DNA from: Azolla caroliniana
Lineage: Eukaryota; Plantae; Polypodiophyta
Assembly: GCA_043228905.1 (NCBI GenBank)
Contig: JBHGNT010000006.1
Location: 19,778,001 to 19,842,000 of the forward strand
Reading direction: 5' to 3'
Length of the DNA stretch: 64,000 nucleotides
Each line of letters opens with the position of its first letter. Positions within the stretch are counted from its first letter, which is position 1. The notes beneath the pieces were generated by a model. The model ran no database searches, had not been told where the DNA came from, and was given only the letters and a program-made list of their open reading frames with translations. The position numbers and the translations under genes were made by a program. This document shows, one piece after another, positions 36,501 through 49,897 of the stretch.

Positions 36501-39410
36501 GCACAACCTCTCATTGCTCTTACCCGTAAGGATGCTAATTTCAAATGGACAACAACTGCCCAAAAGGCGTACGACTTGCTGAAACAAGCCTTTACTATAG
36601 CATCAGTCCTTTTACATCCTGACCCAACTAAGCCTTTCCAAGTCAAAACAGATGCTTCTGATTTCGCCATTGGGGTGATCCTCTCCCATCCAGATGAGAT
36701 CGGTATGCTTCACCTGGTGGCTTACTACTCCCGCAAATTCACGGCCCCAGAAATCAACTACCCCATATACGACAAGGAGCTTCTCGCTATTATTGCTGCT
36801 TTTGAAGAATTGAGACCCTATTTAGCCGGGGTGCAACACTGTATCCAAGTGATTACCGATCACAAAAATCTAATATACTTTTCTACCACACGAACCTTAA
36901 ATTGTAGACAGGCGCGATGGTCGACCTTCTTGGCAGACTATGATTTTGAGATAATCTTTCAACCTTGTGCTCAACACACAACGACCGATGTCTTATCCCG
37001 TCGGTCGGAGTTTGAGCTCACTCCTGAGAATGAAGCCTATGTTCAGCAGTCCTAGAGTTTGTTAAAGCCTAACCAATTCTACAACTTCGCGACTTGCTTG
37101 CTCCGGGATGACTCTTTGCTCAAGCAAATAGCAGAAGCCACTACGACTGACAAGTTCGCCATAGAGGTCAACGCAAGTATCACAAACCCCTCCCATGAAC
37201 CCAAAAGACCTGATTTAGCTCGTTTTACAATTCAGGATAATCTTTTGTATGTCCCAGAAGGTCCTTGTCGGACAAGGGTGCTTCACGAGTGTCACGATGA
37301 TCCACTTGTTGGTCATTTTGGCATTGAGAAAACCTTGGAGTTGATATCTCGGGGATATTGGTGGCCACAACCATGGAGATTGGTCAAAGAGTTCGTTAAG
37401 TCATGCGACGTTTGTGCTCGCTCTAAAGCATCTCATCATCGACCATATGGTCTCCTTTGCCCTCTCCCAATCCCCAAACGGCCTTGGGCCTCTCTTTCCA
37501 TGGATTTCATCATTGACCTTCCCTTTGTTGGTGGTTATGACTCGGTATTCGTCATGGTTGATCGCTTCACCAAGATGGCTCATTTTACTCCATGTGCCAA
37601 AACCATTACCGGAGAGGAGACAACCGATTTGTTTTTCAAAAATGTGGTTCGACTACATGGAGTCCCGAACAATATCACTTCTAATCGAGGACCACAATTT
37701 GTTTCCAATTTCTGGCAACGCCTTCTGCAAACCTTCGGTTGTACTGTGAATCTATCTTCCGCTTATCATCCGCAAACTGATGGACAAACGGAGCGGGTTA
37801 ACCAAATCTTGGAACAATACTTGTGGTGCTCTCTTAGTTACCACCAAGACAACTGGGTTGACCTTCTCCCACTTGCCGAGTTCGCCTACAACAACTCTTT
37901 GCATGCATCTACATGAGTTACTCCATTTTTCGCCAACTACGGTCTCCACCCCCGCTTCAACATTTCGCTTCCCTCTGACTCTGTCAATCCTTCTGCGGAG
38001 GACCGGGCACGTCTCTTGGAGGATGTACATCGCGATCTTTCCTTGGAGCTCACCCTCGCTGGCAAACACTACGAGCAAGCTGACCATCATCGCTTAGATG
38101 CTCAACAATTCGAGGTAGGAGACTTTGTTTGGCTTCTCCGTCGCAATATTGCCACCACTCGTCCTTGTCCGAAGCTTGATTACAAGAAGTTAGGCCCTTT
38201 CCGAATCATTGAGAAAATTGGTTCCATGGGTGTCCGTTTAGAGCTACCATCCCACTTTCATATTCATAATGTATTCCATGTCTCCCTTCTAGAAAATCGC
38301 CATATATATGAAATCCCCGGTCGACACCCATCTCCTCCACCACCAATCCAGCTCTCAACCGGAGAAGAATATGAGGTTGACCAAATTCTCGACTCTCATC
38401 TCTTCCGTCGCTAGCTTCAATACCTTGTCCTTTGGAAAGGGTATCTGATCTCTGAAGCAACATGGGAGCCGGCACATCATCTCAAGCATGCCCCGGACAT
38501 AGTTCAAGCATTTCATGAACGTTATCCACAAAAACCGACTGAGGGTCCAAGGGGGCGGCCGTAGAGGGAGGATAATGTCATAGACAGGATGCCACATAGA
38601 ATGGTGGGGGTTGAACCCATTGTTAGGAAACAAGTCCCTCCGGATGGGAAGTGAGAAGAACCGTGTTGATGAGCAACTCGGCTGAGGCCGAATCCGGATG
38701 TGGAGTACCCGGCAACGGAAGACCCGGTGAGAACCGGATGTGGAGTACCCAACAATGGAAGACCCGGTGAGAACCGGATGTGGCGTACCCGGCAACGAAA
38801 GACCCGGTGAGAACCAGATGTCGCAGGCCTGGTGAGAACCTCTCATCGGATGGAAGGGACATATATGTAAATATGTTCCAGAGAGCCCACTGGGGCTATA
38901 TTTGTAAATAGCCCGAAAGTCATATTAGTATAAATATGACCTAGGGCAAACTTAATATATGACGATAGAGTTATTTGTGGGTGTAACTTTTGTACAGTGC
39001 GTAAGAGAGGTAGAGAGAGCGATATACAGAGATTGTTGCCTCTGTTGTAACCGCCTGGTGGCGAAGCGAGGGAGCAAGAGGTTGTTGCCTCTGTGCCCCA
39101 TGTTGTAATCTTGATATAGTGATATTTTGCAGTCTGAGGGCTGCCGTGGTTTTTCCCATATTTGGGTTTTCCACGTTAACATCCTGTGCACTCTCTTCTT
39201 TACTGTTTCGTGCGTAGATACATCTCTCCACATCCCTGTTTTCTGTGACTGATCCGACGTCTTGGTTGTGGCCGAGCATAGTTGGAGACAAGTATCCTAT
39301 CACCCATGACCTTCTGGTCTTATTAGACAACCTTACCAATTGAGCTACATCCATCTATGCATTATTGTATTGTGTAACACTCAACTTATTTCAATATAGA
39401 TTGATCACTA
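33542..39410 (+). mobile_element. Ty3/Gypsy chromovirus of Tcn1/Tf1-sushi type, degenerate; 3' LTR interrupted and truncated
   Basis: 5' LTR 33542-34005. gag from 34039 (LPDKFDG; PMEID; CLYCGASTHLIRFC). Slippery GGGAAAAC at about 35023. pol with YLDD, TDASDFAIG, HPQTDGQTER and chromodomain YEVDQIL..WKGY..ATWEP. PPT and 3' LTR start at 38576; LTR homology ends at about 39410. Confidence 0.93.
38621..39302 (+). mobile_element. Solo LTR (probably Copia) inserted in the 3' LTR; contains about 3.5 copies of a 40-bp repeat at 38690-38840
   Basis: TGTTAGGA...TCCTATCA termini. TSD CCCAT (38616-38620 / 39303-39307). Confidence 0.9.
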
Positions 39411-39581
39411 AACCTAGGGGTATTTCTGTAATTTCAAAAACTTGAGACAGTTTCTTCATGTCTGTAGACTGTGTGAGAGAGAGAGAGATAGAAACAGAGA
39501 GACAGAGAGATCGTGTGTGTGTGAGAGTGAGAGAGAGAGAGAGTGAGTGAGTGAGAGTGAGTGACTGTGTGCGTGTGCGCC

Positions 39582-39875
39582 ATGGCTTCTCATCAACAGC
39601 TCGATGAGCAGAGTGGTCGTCTCTACCGAATCCGGAGAACTGTGATGCAGATGTTGAGAGATCGAGACTACCTTGTTGCAGATTTCGAGATCTCCATGTC
39701 TAAAAACGAGTTCAGGGAGAAGTACGGTGACGAGCCCAAAAGAGATGACTTTGTCATCATCAAGTCTAAGCGTTCTAACCCTTCTGAACAGGTATTCTAT
39801 TAAATTGTTCATTTGCGAATGCGAACCTACTTAATACACGGGTTATTAGAAAGGAATTTAATCAATGCGAAGGCT

Positions 39876-39919
<44 letters not shown>

Positions 39920-42900
39920 CCCATGCTTTATTCGTTGAACTAAGGTCATTTCAGAAATTTCACAAGTATGATGAAAAGGAAGAATATAATTACATCACAT
40001 GCATACACGTTATTCCTTAATCGAAATGACACTTGAAGAAAGTAAGAAAAACCCAATGGCATCTGGTGAAATACATAGGAGTTTTTTCTTCCAAACTCAA
40101 ATACACATCATTGATTGATCAGATGGTAATTGGGGAATTACAAAAAACCTGAAGTCATTTCAGAGTTTTGCCAACCAACAAAGAAAGGATCAATTTGAGG
40201 AGAACGACTACAATTAACCTGAGAAGGGAAGGAAATACGCGAAGATGGTACTTCATCCAAGGGTCAAATGGTATTTGGGGAAATATGAAAAATCTAAGAG
40301 CATATGAGGAGGGAGAATACAGAAAAATATAAAGCCATTCCGGAGTGTTTTCCTACCAACTAACTAACTCAAAAGAGGATCAATCCTGATTGTTTAAGTA
40401 TTAACATTGGCAAATATTACATCTATTGCTGTTTTAGTGCTTGATACCATTGTAATGAAGGGTCAATGATTATAACTGTATAATTAACATAGTGAATGTA
40501 CTTACTTACCCTTTAGTGCCTGCCACTAATTGTAACAAAGGATTGATCCTAATCATGAGCCAACTTAATGAAATCATACAAAATGTTAGTTTTTAGTGTG
40601 TTATAATAAGGATTGGTCCAAATTATGTAATTAACTATACCCTCTCCCTAGCTGTTTGTGTTCTTTCCAGAGGAACCAAAGGTTGGAGTGAAGACAATTA
40701 AGACATATGCTGAGCGCATGAAATCAGAGAATGTGCACAGGGCCATACTTGTTGTGCAGCAAAATTTAACTCCATTTGCAAAACAATGTGTGAGCGAGAT
40801 GTCATCAAAGTACCTCCTGGAGGTTTTTCAGGTAATAGCCATTTATGTAGAGCATTAATATGATATTTAAATTAATTATCTTCCTTGTAACAAAATGAAA
40901 AATGCTCTAAGTATATTCCGTACTAGTCAAATTTCTCAAGATTGGTTATTGATGACTGATGCTGTCCTCATTCATCATGAATACGTATTCAGTCTACATG
41001 GTTTTCTCATCCATCGCATTGAGCTTCTTGAACAACCATTCGTGGTAAGTCTTTAACATTGAGCTTCAGCTTTTGTGTCATAATAGTAACAAGCATTTAT
41101 TTTTGTTGAGAAGGGACATTCCAATTGTTCAACGAATTTTGTTTTTCTTTTCTCTTGGTTAGGATTTTCTTTTGTTTGTTGATCATAAATTTGTGATTTC
41201 CAAAACTTTGTCTCTTTTCCCCACCTTTGAGCATGTGCTCTTCACCTTAAAAAAGAGAAATATATATTAACTTCTTTTAAGATGCCAAAATGGTCAATGA
41301 GATCTAATGAGAGATGATGTCTTAAACTGTTATCTCAGTTTGGAGAAAGAAAAGCCAAGATAAATATAGCTAGATACAGTTAAACCTCCCAAGGTACAAG
41401 ATTTTCTTACTATAGCACTCAATTTTTTTGCTTAGATGAACTCAATTTAAGGCCTTCGAAAGATATCCAGGGCAACCCACCTCATGTTGAACTAGGCCTC
41501 ACAAAAGTGACTCCTGATTATATATATGGTTACAATCTCCACTGCCAAATTGGTTGAGCCAAGCTTAAGATGCATTGAAGATCATCATCTCTGTCTTCTC
41601 TTTCACTGTTTGATCTCAATAATAAGAAAACACTTGTAATGCATCAATGTAGTGATTGCGCCCTGTCATGAACACAATGTCCTCTTCATATTGTAGAATT
41701 GAGATCAATGTATCAATCACCTCCTGTTCCCTTGGTCCCCCCATGGCAATGTCCCCTTGGTCACCTTTTACCAAAGTGTCAAAGAGAGAGGGAAAACTTG
41801 CTTCATGCCTATGGTGCTGATAATCTCCTCTGAAAAGCCTCATGGTACTCTGATCCTCCCTGTTACCTTCTTATAAAGTGTTGCAGTGAACCCTAATGGG
41901 GAGAGATGGTGATGTCAATGATATTAATTTCCTCAGGGAGCCAATGCAACCATGAGACCAACACTAATTTTTTAAGTACTCTCCCCAACTATGTAGAACA
42001 ATAACCATGTAGGCGTGGGAACTAAAGTAAAATATAAAAGATGAAATGTAAGCTAGTTACCAAATTTCACAGTTTTGAGCTTTTATGAGTTTTGGTTCTG
42101 TGGTGAGTAGATGACAAAGAGCATGCCTGGTGTTGTGCCAGATGGTTCCATCCTCATTAGAAATTCCTGAAAGCTAGTATAACCTTGTAGCAAATCTATC
42201 ATGCCTAATATGTTCATTTGCAAGGCATTCCAAAGTGGCATGTTCTTTTGTTTCTGGTAAGTTACATATTCTCTTTTTCTGATCAATACTCAGCCAACCC
42301 TCAGTTTCTACTCTCAATGTGTGTGATTATGTGTACATCTGTGTGATGGCATGTCTCGCCCTCTTAGACATTGGTGTCCAGATGTGAGCTTGGTCATTGA
42401 CCTTGCTGCCCATGGTCATTTTCCCAGCACAGAGTATTAATATGGCTGTAAGAGTACTCAAACTTAGATCTATGTGGTATTGTCCCCCATTTCATTTTGA
42501 GGATTACAGATGTGAATGGGTAAACCATCAATTCATGTTCTGCTCATAGCCTAATATTCTTCAACATGCCATCTTGTAAACCTTTTCTGGATATCATGGA
42601 CTCAAATGGATGAAAGAGATGGAGGGTTTACAGAATAGGATAGACCAAATCAAAGATACACATGCAGCTGTAAGTAAAAGGCAACCACGTAAAACAGTTG
42701 AATAGATGTAATGTAATTGGCTGTGGTTCTATCATCATTACAAATTCTGGAAAGCTAATACAACCTTTAGGAATTCTTGAAAGCTTGTACAACCTTGTAG
42801 GAATTCTTGAAAATCATGTCTTATATCTTTATATGCATTCAACACCTACATTTCACAGTGGCATCGAGTAAAATAGTGCTCATAGCGTAGCAAACAGAAT

Positions 42901-43643
42901 CGCTAGCGTCATTGGCTGTTATGCATTCAATACCTACATTCCACAATGGAATCTAGTAAAATAGTGCATATAGTGAGATTTGAACCACTAGGATACAGCC
43001 CTCCCAATAGGAAAGAAGAGAGAGCATGTATTTTATCATTGTAAACATATTGCAGGATTCAGAGTTGCTTGTGAATATTAAAGAACATGTGCTGGTTCCA
43101 GAACATCAATTGCTTACTCCAGATGAGAAGAAGGCGTTACTAGAGCGTTACACAGTGAAAGAGACACAGGTTTGTGTTTCACGTCCGATGTTTTTGCACA
43201 TAAAGTTTATCTCCATTCATAAATGCAGAAAAAGATGGTCCTTTTCAGTAAAATGGTGCATGAATTTTGGCACTAGTTGGTTGGAAATAGTTATAAAGGG
43301 AACAAAATTCAATAGATATATGTAGATGTCATACTAAATTCGCAATAAATGGATCATATTTTCTCATAATTTCCCATCATAAGATGGGAAATCGGCCAAT
43401 TAGCAAATAAAAAGAAAACAAAATCCAGAACACAAGCAATCTCCATCTATCATTAATTTTGTCCAAGCATGGATGGGGATGTAAGAACAAGAGTTTTCAT
43501 GTTGTTTTAACATACAGCTTCCACGTATGCAAGAAAGTGATCCGGTATCTCGATATTACGGGCTCAAAAGAGGAAATGTGGTGAAAATTATTCGTTCTAG
43601 TGAGACTGCAGGACGTTACGTCACATATCGATTCGTTGTTTAA
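39582..43643 (+). CDS. RPB5: DNA-directed RNA polymerase common subunit 5, 209 aa; exons 39582-39791, 40652-40831, 43056-43169, 43518-43643
   Basis: [39 protein letters not shown] and [21 protein letters not shown]. All introns are GT-AG and the frame is intact. Confidence 0.96.
42080..42650 (-). mobile_element. 3' remnant of a non-LTR retrotransposon (LINE) in RPB5 intron 2
   Basis: Minus-strand translation [35 protein letters not shown] resembles the C-terminal Cys/His region of LINE ORF2. Boundaries are approximate. Confidence 0.55.
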
Positions 43644-45074
43644 TAATGAATTCACACTAAAGGAGAAAAGATGGTTTAATCTGTTCTCTTCTACCACTAT
43701 TGCAATAGTCTTCTTTGCTATGACCTTATGGTCATATCTCCCCAAGGTTAATTTTCTGTAAAACTTAACCTGTAATCCTTATCCTTACTAAAGCTCTTAT
43801 AATAAGACCTGGTTTTGTGAATGCTATATACTATGGATTGCATTGTCTTTCATAAGCCAATGTTATCATTATCAACCTTTGGGTAAATGCCTTCAGGAAA
43901 ATCTTTCCCAAACATTAACTTGTTGTCCAAAAATAACGTGGAGACTGGGTCTCCCACGTGTTGTATTACAGATCTTGTAAATTATATATGAGAATTGTCT
44001 TTCTGTAGGACAATGTCGTAATCTTCAAAACTTGTGATGTGGAAAATGCGTGCCTTTGTAAGAAAAAATTCAGGTGCAAATAATGAATTTGTAAAGAAGT
44101 GGTAATTGAATGTCAATATACATAATGATCTGACATGAAAATACAAATGCTTATTACAATGAATATAAACAATAGACATGTTAACGTGCTTAAAACTTGA
44201 ACTAGTGACATTGGGTTTATAAAGCACAAGCATCTTAACATATGATTTGGATAAGCTCTACAATATCATTTAAATTCTTGATTGTGAATGCATTTGCTGA
44301 AGAATTATGAGGATTATTCCAAATGGCTGTAGCCTGTAAGCGTATAGGTTTTTGAAACAAGCACAAATTTGTGATGTTTGAGCAACCTTGTGAGGACTAT
44401 TATTGTAATGTCGAAGAGTATTATATGTCATGATTCATGCATGAGCAGTAGGCAGATTAGTATCCTCTTCTTCACACTTCAAAGCAAACAATTGCGGCCC
44501 TCTCTTTGTAGGCACAGATGCATTGATATTATTGAATCCACAAAAATAGAGTTTTCTTGATTCTGTAGAGTATAACAAAAAGTTCTCTATGAGAGTGGGT
44601 CAATAAAATGAACGTATGTAGTTGAACGCAAACCATTGTCTTGTTACTCATAAAAGTAGAAATATTAGTTTGTCATCCATCCCATGAAGTAGTTTGGCAT
44701 GTTGGAACAACAAAGGAGTTCATAATTTGAGATCAGTAATTGGCTTTCTTGCATAGTGCCAGTCCAAGTACATAGGGAGGGACCAGGGTAGCAAAGAGTG
44801 AGGAAAATACGTGATCAACTTTTTTGGGGCCACAAACTATAGGAGGAGTTGTTATTTATAAGGCGTATTTGTTTTGTTAGGCACATCAAAGTTGATCTAA
44901 TTACATATTTGCATTAGCATATTCGTGTCCTCATAAATAAATATGTATGATGAGATCGTGCAAGAGAGAAAAATATATCAATTTGTTCAAGATGCCCCTC
45001 ACTCATTCGTACTTGTTCAAGGTGACTAGAGTAGTGCCAGCCCTAAGAAATGAAGCAATGAATGAAGTGTGGCC

Positions 45075-45349
45075 CCGGGTCGGAATCGGCCTTGGCTCAG
45101 CTCAAGCCTAAACGAAACCGCTAAACCGTTTTAAAATAGTTTGGCGGTTTGGTTTGGTTCAGTTTAGGCTTGAACTTCCTTAACCGGTTTGAGCTCGGTT
45201 TGGGATGGCTCAAGCTGAACTGAACCGATTTGGGCCTAGACGGTTAAGGCTTAATCGGCTTGGTTAAACCAGTTCAGTTCAGGTTTGGAAACTCCCAAAC
45301 CGGTTTAGGCTTAACCAGTAAGCCGAAACCGAACCGTTGCCGAGTCCTA
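45075..45349. mobile_element. hAT-type MITE remnant related to 9538-10579
   Basis: Right end CCGTTGCCGAGTCCTA and the same AAACCG/GGCTCAAGC subterminal repeats. The left end is degenerate. Confidence 0.75.
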
Positions 45350-45583
45350 AAGTCTTTGTGTGTGTGTATAGGTTTGGAGAAGTCAGAGGGCATTTCGGGA
45401 AATAAGGAAATGTAGGGGAACTATTGGAGAGGGCCTCCGGGGGCATTTCGGGAATTAACGAAAATTTCATGCCTCCCCTGCTGATCTAGAAAAGACCTGC
45501 AGACGACGACGATACGCCATCGCCCATCTCCATCTCCTTCTCCATCTCGAAGGGCCTTCCCTCCGCATTCTCTTCGCTTCATC

Positions 45584-48500
45584 ATGAATCCTGACTAGTA
45601 AGTTCTGCAGATCTGCCCCCTCCTCTCTGCTGTTTTCTTAGCCGGCCTTGTCGGGTTTTCTCTTGTGCATTTTCTGTCCCCCTTTATCTTCCCAGTTCTT
45701 CTTTTCCTTTACTGACTGGAAATTGTGTTTCTGTCTCTAGATCTACTTCCTTTGAATTGTTGTTTAAAAGCTAACCCCAGAAAATGTCGCCATAATGGAA
45801 AGACAAACACACACAAAGGACAAAAAAAACTAATCGAGAAGATCCTATCGGAAAGTGTTTTTTCTTCACTTGAATGTCTGGTATTCATCATAAATAGGAC
45901 ATGAACAAGAAAAAGTTCAAATGCATTAATATTTGATCACGTCTGGAGGTGATTTCGCTTCTAAGCAAAATAAAAGGATGAAGTTTGGTGACTTTTGCAG
46001 TATGATCCATTCGAAGTGACAAACATATGAAATATGTCTGGTAGTTATTATCATTTTAAGCACTAAATATGCGAATTTATGTTGCAATTATAATAGTTGT
46101 ATTCATGATGATTAGCAGTGATTATGTTTTTTTCGCAATGTATGTTTTATGTGTTCATATACGTAGTGATTACATTCTTAAAGCATCATGAATTTATGGT
46201 GACAGTTGGATTTGCTGCCTTTTTAAGCAATAAGCCTATGAAATTTTAAGGTGAATTTGCAATGATCATCTTTTTCCTTTAAGCAACAGATATGTGAATT
46301 CATGCAAGCATTCAGAGTGATTCTCTTTATAAGCTAGGAACGTGTGAGTTTTTGATGCAAATTTTGCAATGATTATCTTTTCAAGCATGAAACGTATTAA
46401 TTTTTTGTGAAGTTTGACCATATATCTTCTCAAGAAATTATGAGTTTATTGTGAGAAAATCTGGAATGATTACTTAAATCAAGAAACATGTGAATTTTGA
46501 TGCCATTTGCAGTGATTATCTATTTGGGTTGTGTTCATAGTACTTTGAGATCATTGCTTTAATGTACTTATCAATATGTTTTTACACATGCATTTTCATC
46601 GAAAACAATAAAACTGGCCCATGAAAGGGAATGCTGAGAAAATAAATCGGAATAACATGCATATTAATTCATGTTGACATTTGCAGCGATTATCTTTTCA
46701 AGGTATTGCTTATTGGTGACTCCGGAGTTGGAAAATCATGCCTTCTTCTCCGTTTTGGTGTATGATGTTTTTATTTTTATTCCTCAATTTGATTTTCGTC
46801 TATATATCATCCAAACCTGATGAATCAGCGTTTTACATATATAGGATGATTCGTATCTGGAGGGTTACATCAGTACCATTGGGGTCGACTTTGTCAGTAC
46901 CTTGAATATTATTCTTAGAGAGGGGGTTATGGCCTATTTCTTTCATTGTTATATTTCTGGTTGGTGTTTATATTTTCTTCCTTCTGCTTGGTGTTATATC
47001 AGAAAATTCGAACCATTGATCTTGACAGCAAAACAATCAAGCTACAGATTGTGCGTGACAGTAAATTTCTTTCATTTTTATCCTTCCGCTTATAATTGAG
47101 AGTTGCTGTGCTGACGATGTTTATTCAGTAATTTCCAAGAGTGTTGTCTATTGTTTGTAGATTGATCAAGTCTTAAATCAATTAATGACGCGATCTATAT
47201 ATTCTAGCCATTACAGTGTGTAATGGTGACTGAAGTCGTTCGCCAGAATGTCCTTTTCATCAACTCTTTTTAATCATTGAAACATATGAATATGCCCTAT
47301 ATGGTGATGCATATGAACAATTTATATTTGACTGCATGATGTAAACGGAGCTGATTGAGATGTTGGGGCATGTAATGTAATGATTGATAGGCCCGTGGAA
47401 GTTTATTGTCTTTCAATTTTGTGGTGTGTCTGTTGTTCACTGCTGAAAATTAGATTCCATTGATTTGTTTTCAAATAGTGGGATACTGCTGGCCAAGAAC
47501 GTTTCAGAACAATTACTAGCAGCTATTACACAGGAGCACATGGCATTATTGTGAGTACAAATTGCTCTTTATATATATTCTTCTTTCTGTAATGTACCCT
47601 GAAGGTTCCTCCATTCTTAAACTTCCAAGCATTTGTCTTTCAGATAGTATATGATGTAACAGATCAGGAAAGCTTCAACAACGTAGAGCAGTGGTTGAAC
47701 GAAATAGAACGCCATGCAGATAGAAATGTGAACAAACTTCTTGTAGGCAGCAAGTCTGATCTAACTGCTAAAAAAGTGGTCGACACTGAAACCGCAAAGG
47801 TGAGAAATTGTAGGAAATAACACCATAATACACCTGGCTTGTTGTGCATTTAATATGAGGTCACCCACAAGCTATGAAAATCTGCCTGCATACCCATTGT
47901 TGTGCAAATTTACTGCTACTTATTTTTGTTCTGGTAAATGGGGTATTTCTGTGTTCTGAACTGGTATCTTACTGGTGTTCTGAACTGGTATAATACATAA
48001 TTTTGTAGGCTTTTGCTGACAAAATTGGCATCCCATTTCTTGAAACGAGTGCAAAAACAGCACATAATGTCGAGGAAGCCTTTTTGACAATGGCGGCAGA
48101 GATCAAGAACAGGTAGACATATTGTTTCCTGGAATCCAGATTCAATGTTCATTTAAATATGAAAAAAAAACCTCTATTTATATGGAGTGACGAGGCCTTA
48201 TGACATTGTCAATTTACATGTTGAACAAAATTTGCATAGACATGTTGATGAGTTTCCATTTACATATTGGAAAAGAAGGAAAGGATCACCTGAGTTTTCT
48301 ATATTTCCCTGAAGGCCTCCAGTCAATGCCCTCTCTAGCATTTCAAATTTATATGCTTGATTTATCCTTCTAAATTATGTGCGCTATTGGAACAATGATA
48401 TGCTAAATAAATCCCCTTTTTACTGCTTTTGGGGCTGATCAGGTGTATTTGGGGAAACATTGAAAAAGTCAGTATTGATATCCTAAGAAGACCTTTCTGA

Positions 48501-48763
48501 CAATGTTCATTCACATATTCCCAAAACAAATTTAAGAAGGCCTTTTTGACAATGTTCATTCGCATATTAACAAACAAAAAAGACATAATTGGCACTGTAA
48601 ATGCTGACTTAGAATCTGCTTTCAAGTTGATGTGTTTACATTCTCTGAATTTGCGCTCTTATTCTTACTCAGGATGGCTAACCAACCTGAGATGAATGCC
48701 AATATGCCAAACTGTGTGCCAATATGTCAATCACTTCGGCAGAAAAGGGGGTGTTGCTCTTGA
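45584..48763 (+). CDS. RABD: Rab1/RabD-family small GTPase, 201 aa, divergent; exons 45584-45597, 46687-46759, 46845-46892, 47003-47050, 47479-47550, 47644-47799, 48009-48112, 48673-48763
   Basis: [46 protein letters not shown], and C-terminal CCS. Eight exons with GT-AG introns and an intact frame. Confidence 0.95.
45980..46530 (+). repeat. Degenerate tandem repeat of about 50 bp (roughly 11-12 units) in Rab intron 1
   Basis: Recurrent ATG(TG)AATTT...TTTGCA(G/A)TGATTATCTTTT..AAGCA units. Confidence 0.65.
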
Positions 48764-49354
48764 AACAACTCTATTCATATATTTGTTTCACACATCAAGG
48801 TGATGTGCAATGATTCGTCAACTATACAGGGACGGGTAGCCATTCAGAATCTGTACAGTAAAATTATGAGTGTGACATTCTTCTCTTGACTGAAAGCATT
48901 TTGGCTAGAATAATCTTCAGGATATGGATTGTGCTGTATTGTAAGAAAACAAAAATACTATATCGTTCTGTTGACATGTATTAATTTTTTCATTCTTTTC
49001 ATATTAGTGAAGCTGAACTTCAAGTTACATTGAAAGCATGTGTTGTTACATTAGCTTCTAACAAATTTTGGTGGGTATTCCAATCTCTAGCTAGAAATGG
49101 CAATTTGTTGTTCCTTCTCTTGTTGATATGTTTGCAGGATTGAATATATCCAGGGTTAAATTAGTCTTGATTGGTATGACATTTTTTATTTTCCTCTGGT
49201 ACATTTTTTCCAGCTATTCATTATCATTTATGCACATCATTTTTCAACTGGTTTTTGTTTCCTCGTTGAAGCATTCTTATGCATGTTTTCCATTCAAATG
49301 ATTTATTTATATTTTGCTGTCTTTAAGTGCATATACGAATAATTTAGTTGTATT

Positions 49355-49897
49355 TAGCAATGGGCCTGGTTTTGGCTCGAACCGAACTGAACCGAACGGT
49401 TTATTGGTTCAAAGATAAATAAACCATTTGGTTTGGTTTCAAATGTTATGATCTGGTTTGGTTTTGGTTCGGTTCGGTTTTGAATTTCATGGTTTAATGG
49501 TTTCGGTTTATGTGGTTCGGTCTAAAGGTTTATAGGTTTAAAAATATTCTTAAATTTTTATCTCTAGGCTCTAACTTTCAACTTTTAATTTTAAATCTCT
49601 AGGCTCTAACTTATTAAATTTTATATGCATTATAAGTAGAGTCTCCTTTTGATGTATGATTATCAAATTTATGATAAGTATAATGACCAAATTTATAGTA
49701 AGTGTCTATGTGATAACCAAATTTATGATGATTTTCTCACACAAATTTATAATATGTATGATAATCAATATCTCTAAAAAATGGTTTGGTTTAGTTTTAA
49801 TTTATGATAAACCGGTTTGGTTTGGTTCTAATTTTTCCATAAATGATTTAGTTTGGTTTGGTTTCAAGGCCAAGAAACCAAACCGGGCCCATTACTA
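49355..49897. mobile_element. hAT-type MITE, second family
   Basis: TIRs TAGCAATGGGCCTGGTTT / AAACCGGGCCCATTACTA. 8-bp TSD GTTGTATT (49347-49354 / 49898-49905). GGTTT/GGTTC subterminal repeats. Confidence 0.9.

Noticed and set aside
38690-38840. CRISPR-like repeat
   Set aside because: Contiguous 40-bp tandem units without unique spacers, inside a solo LTR.
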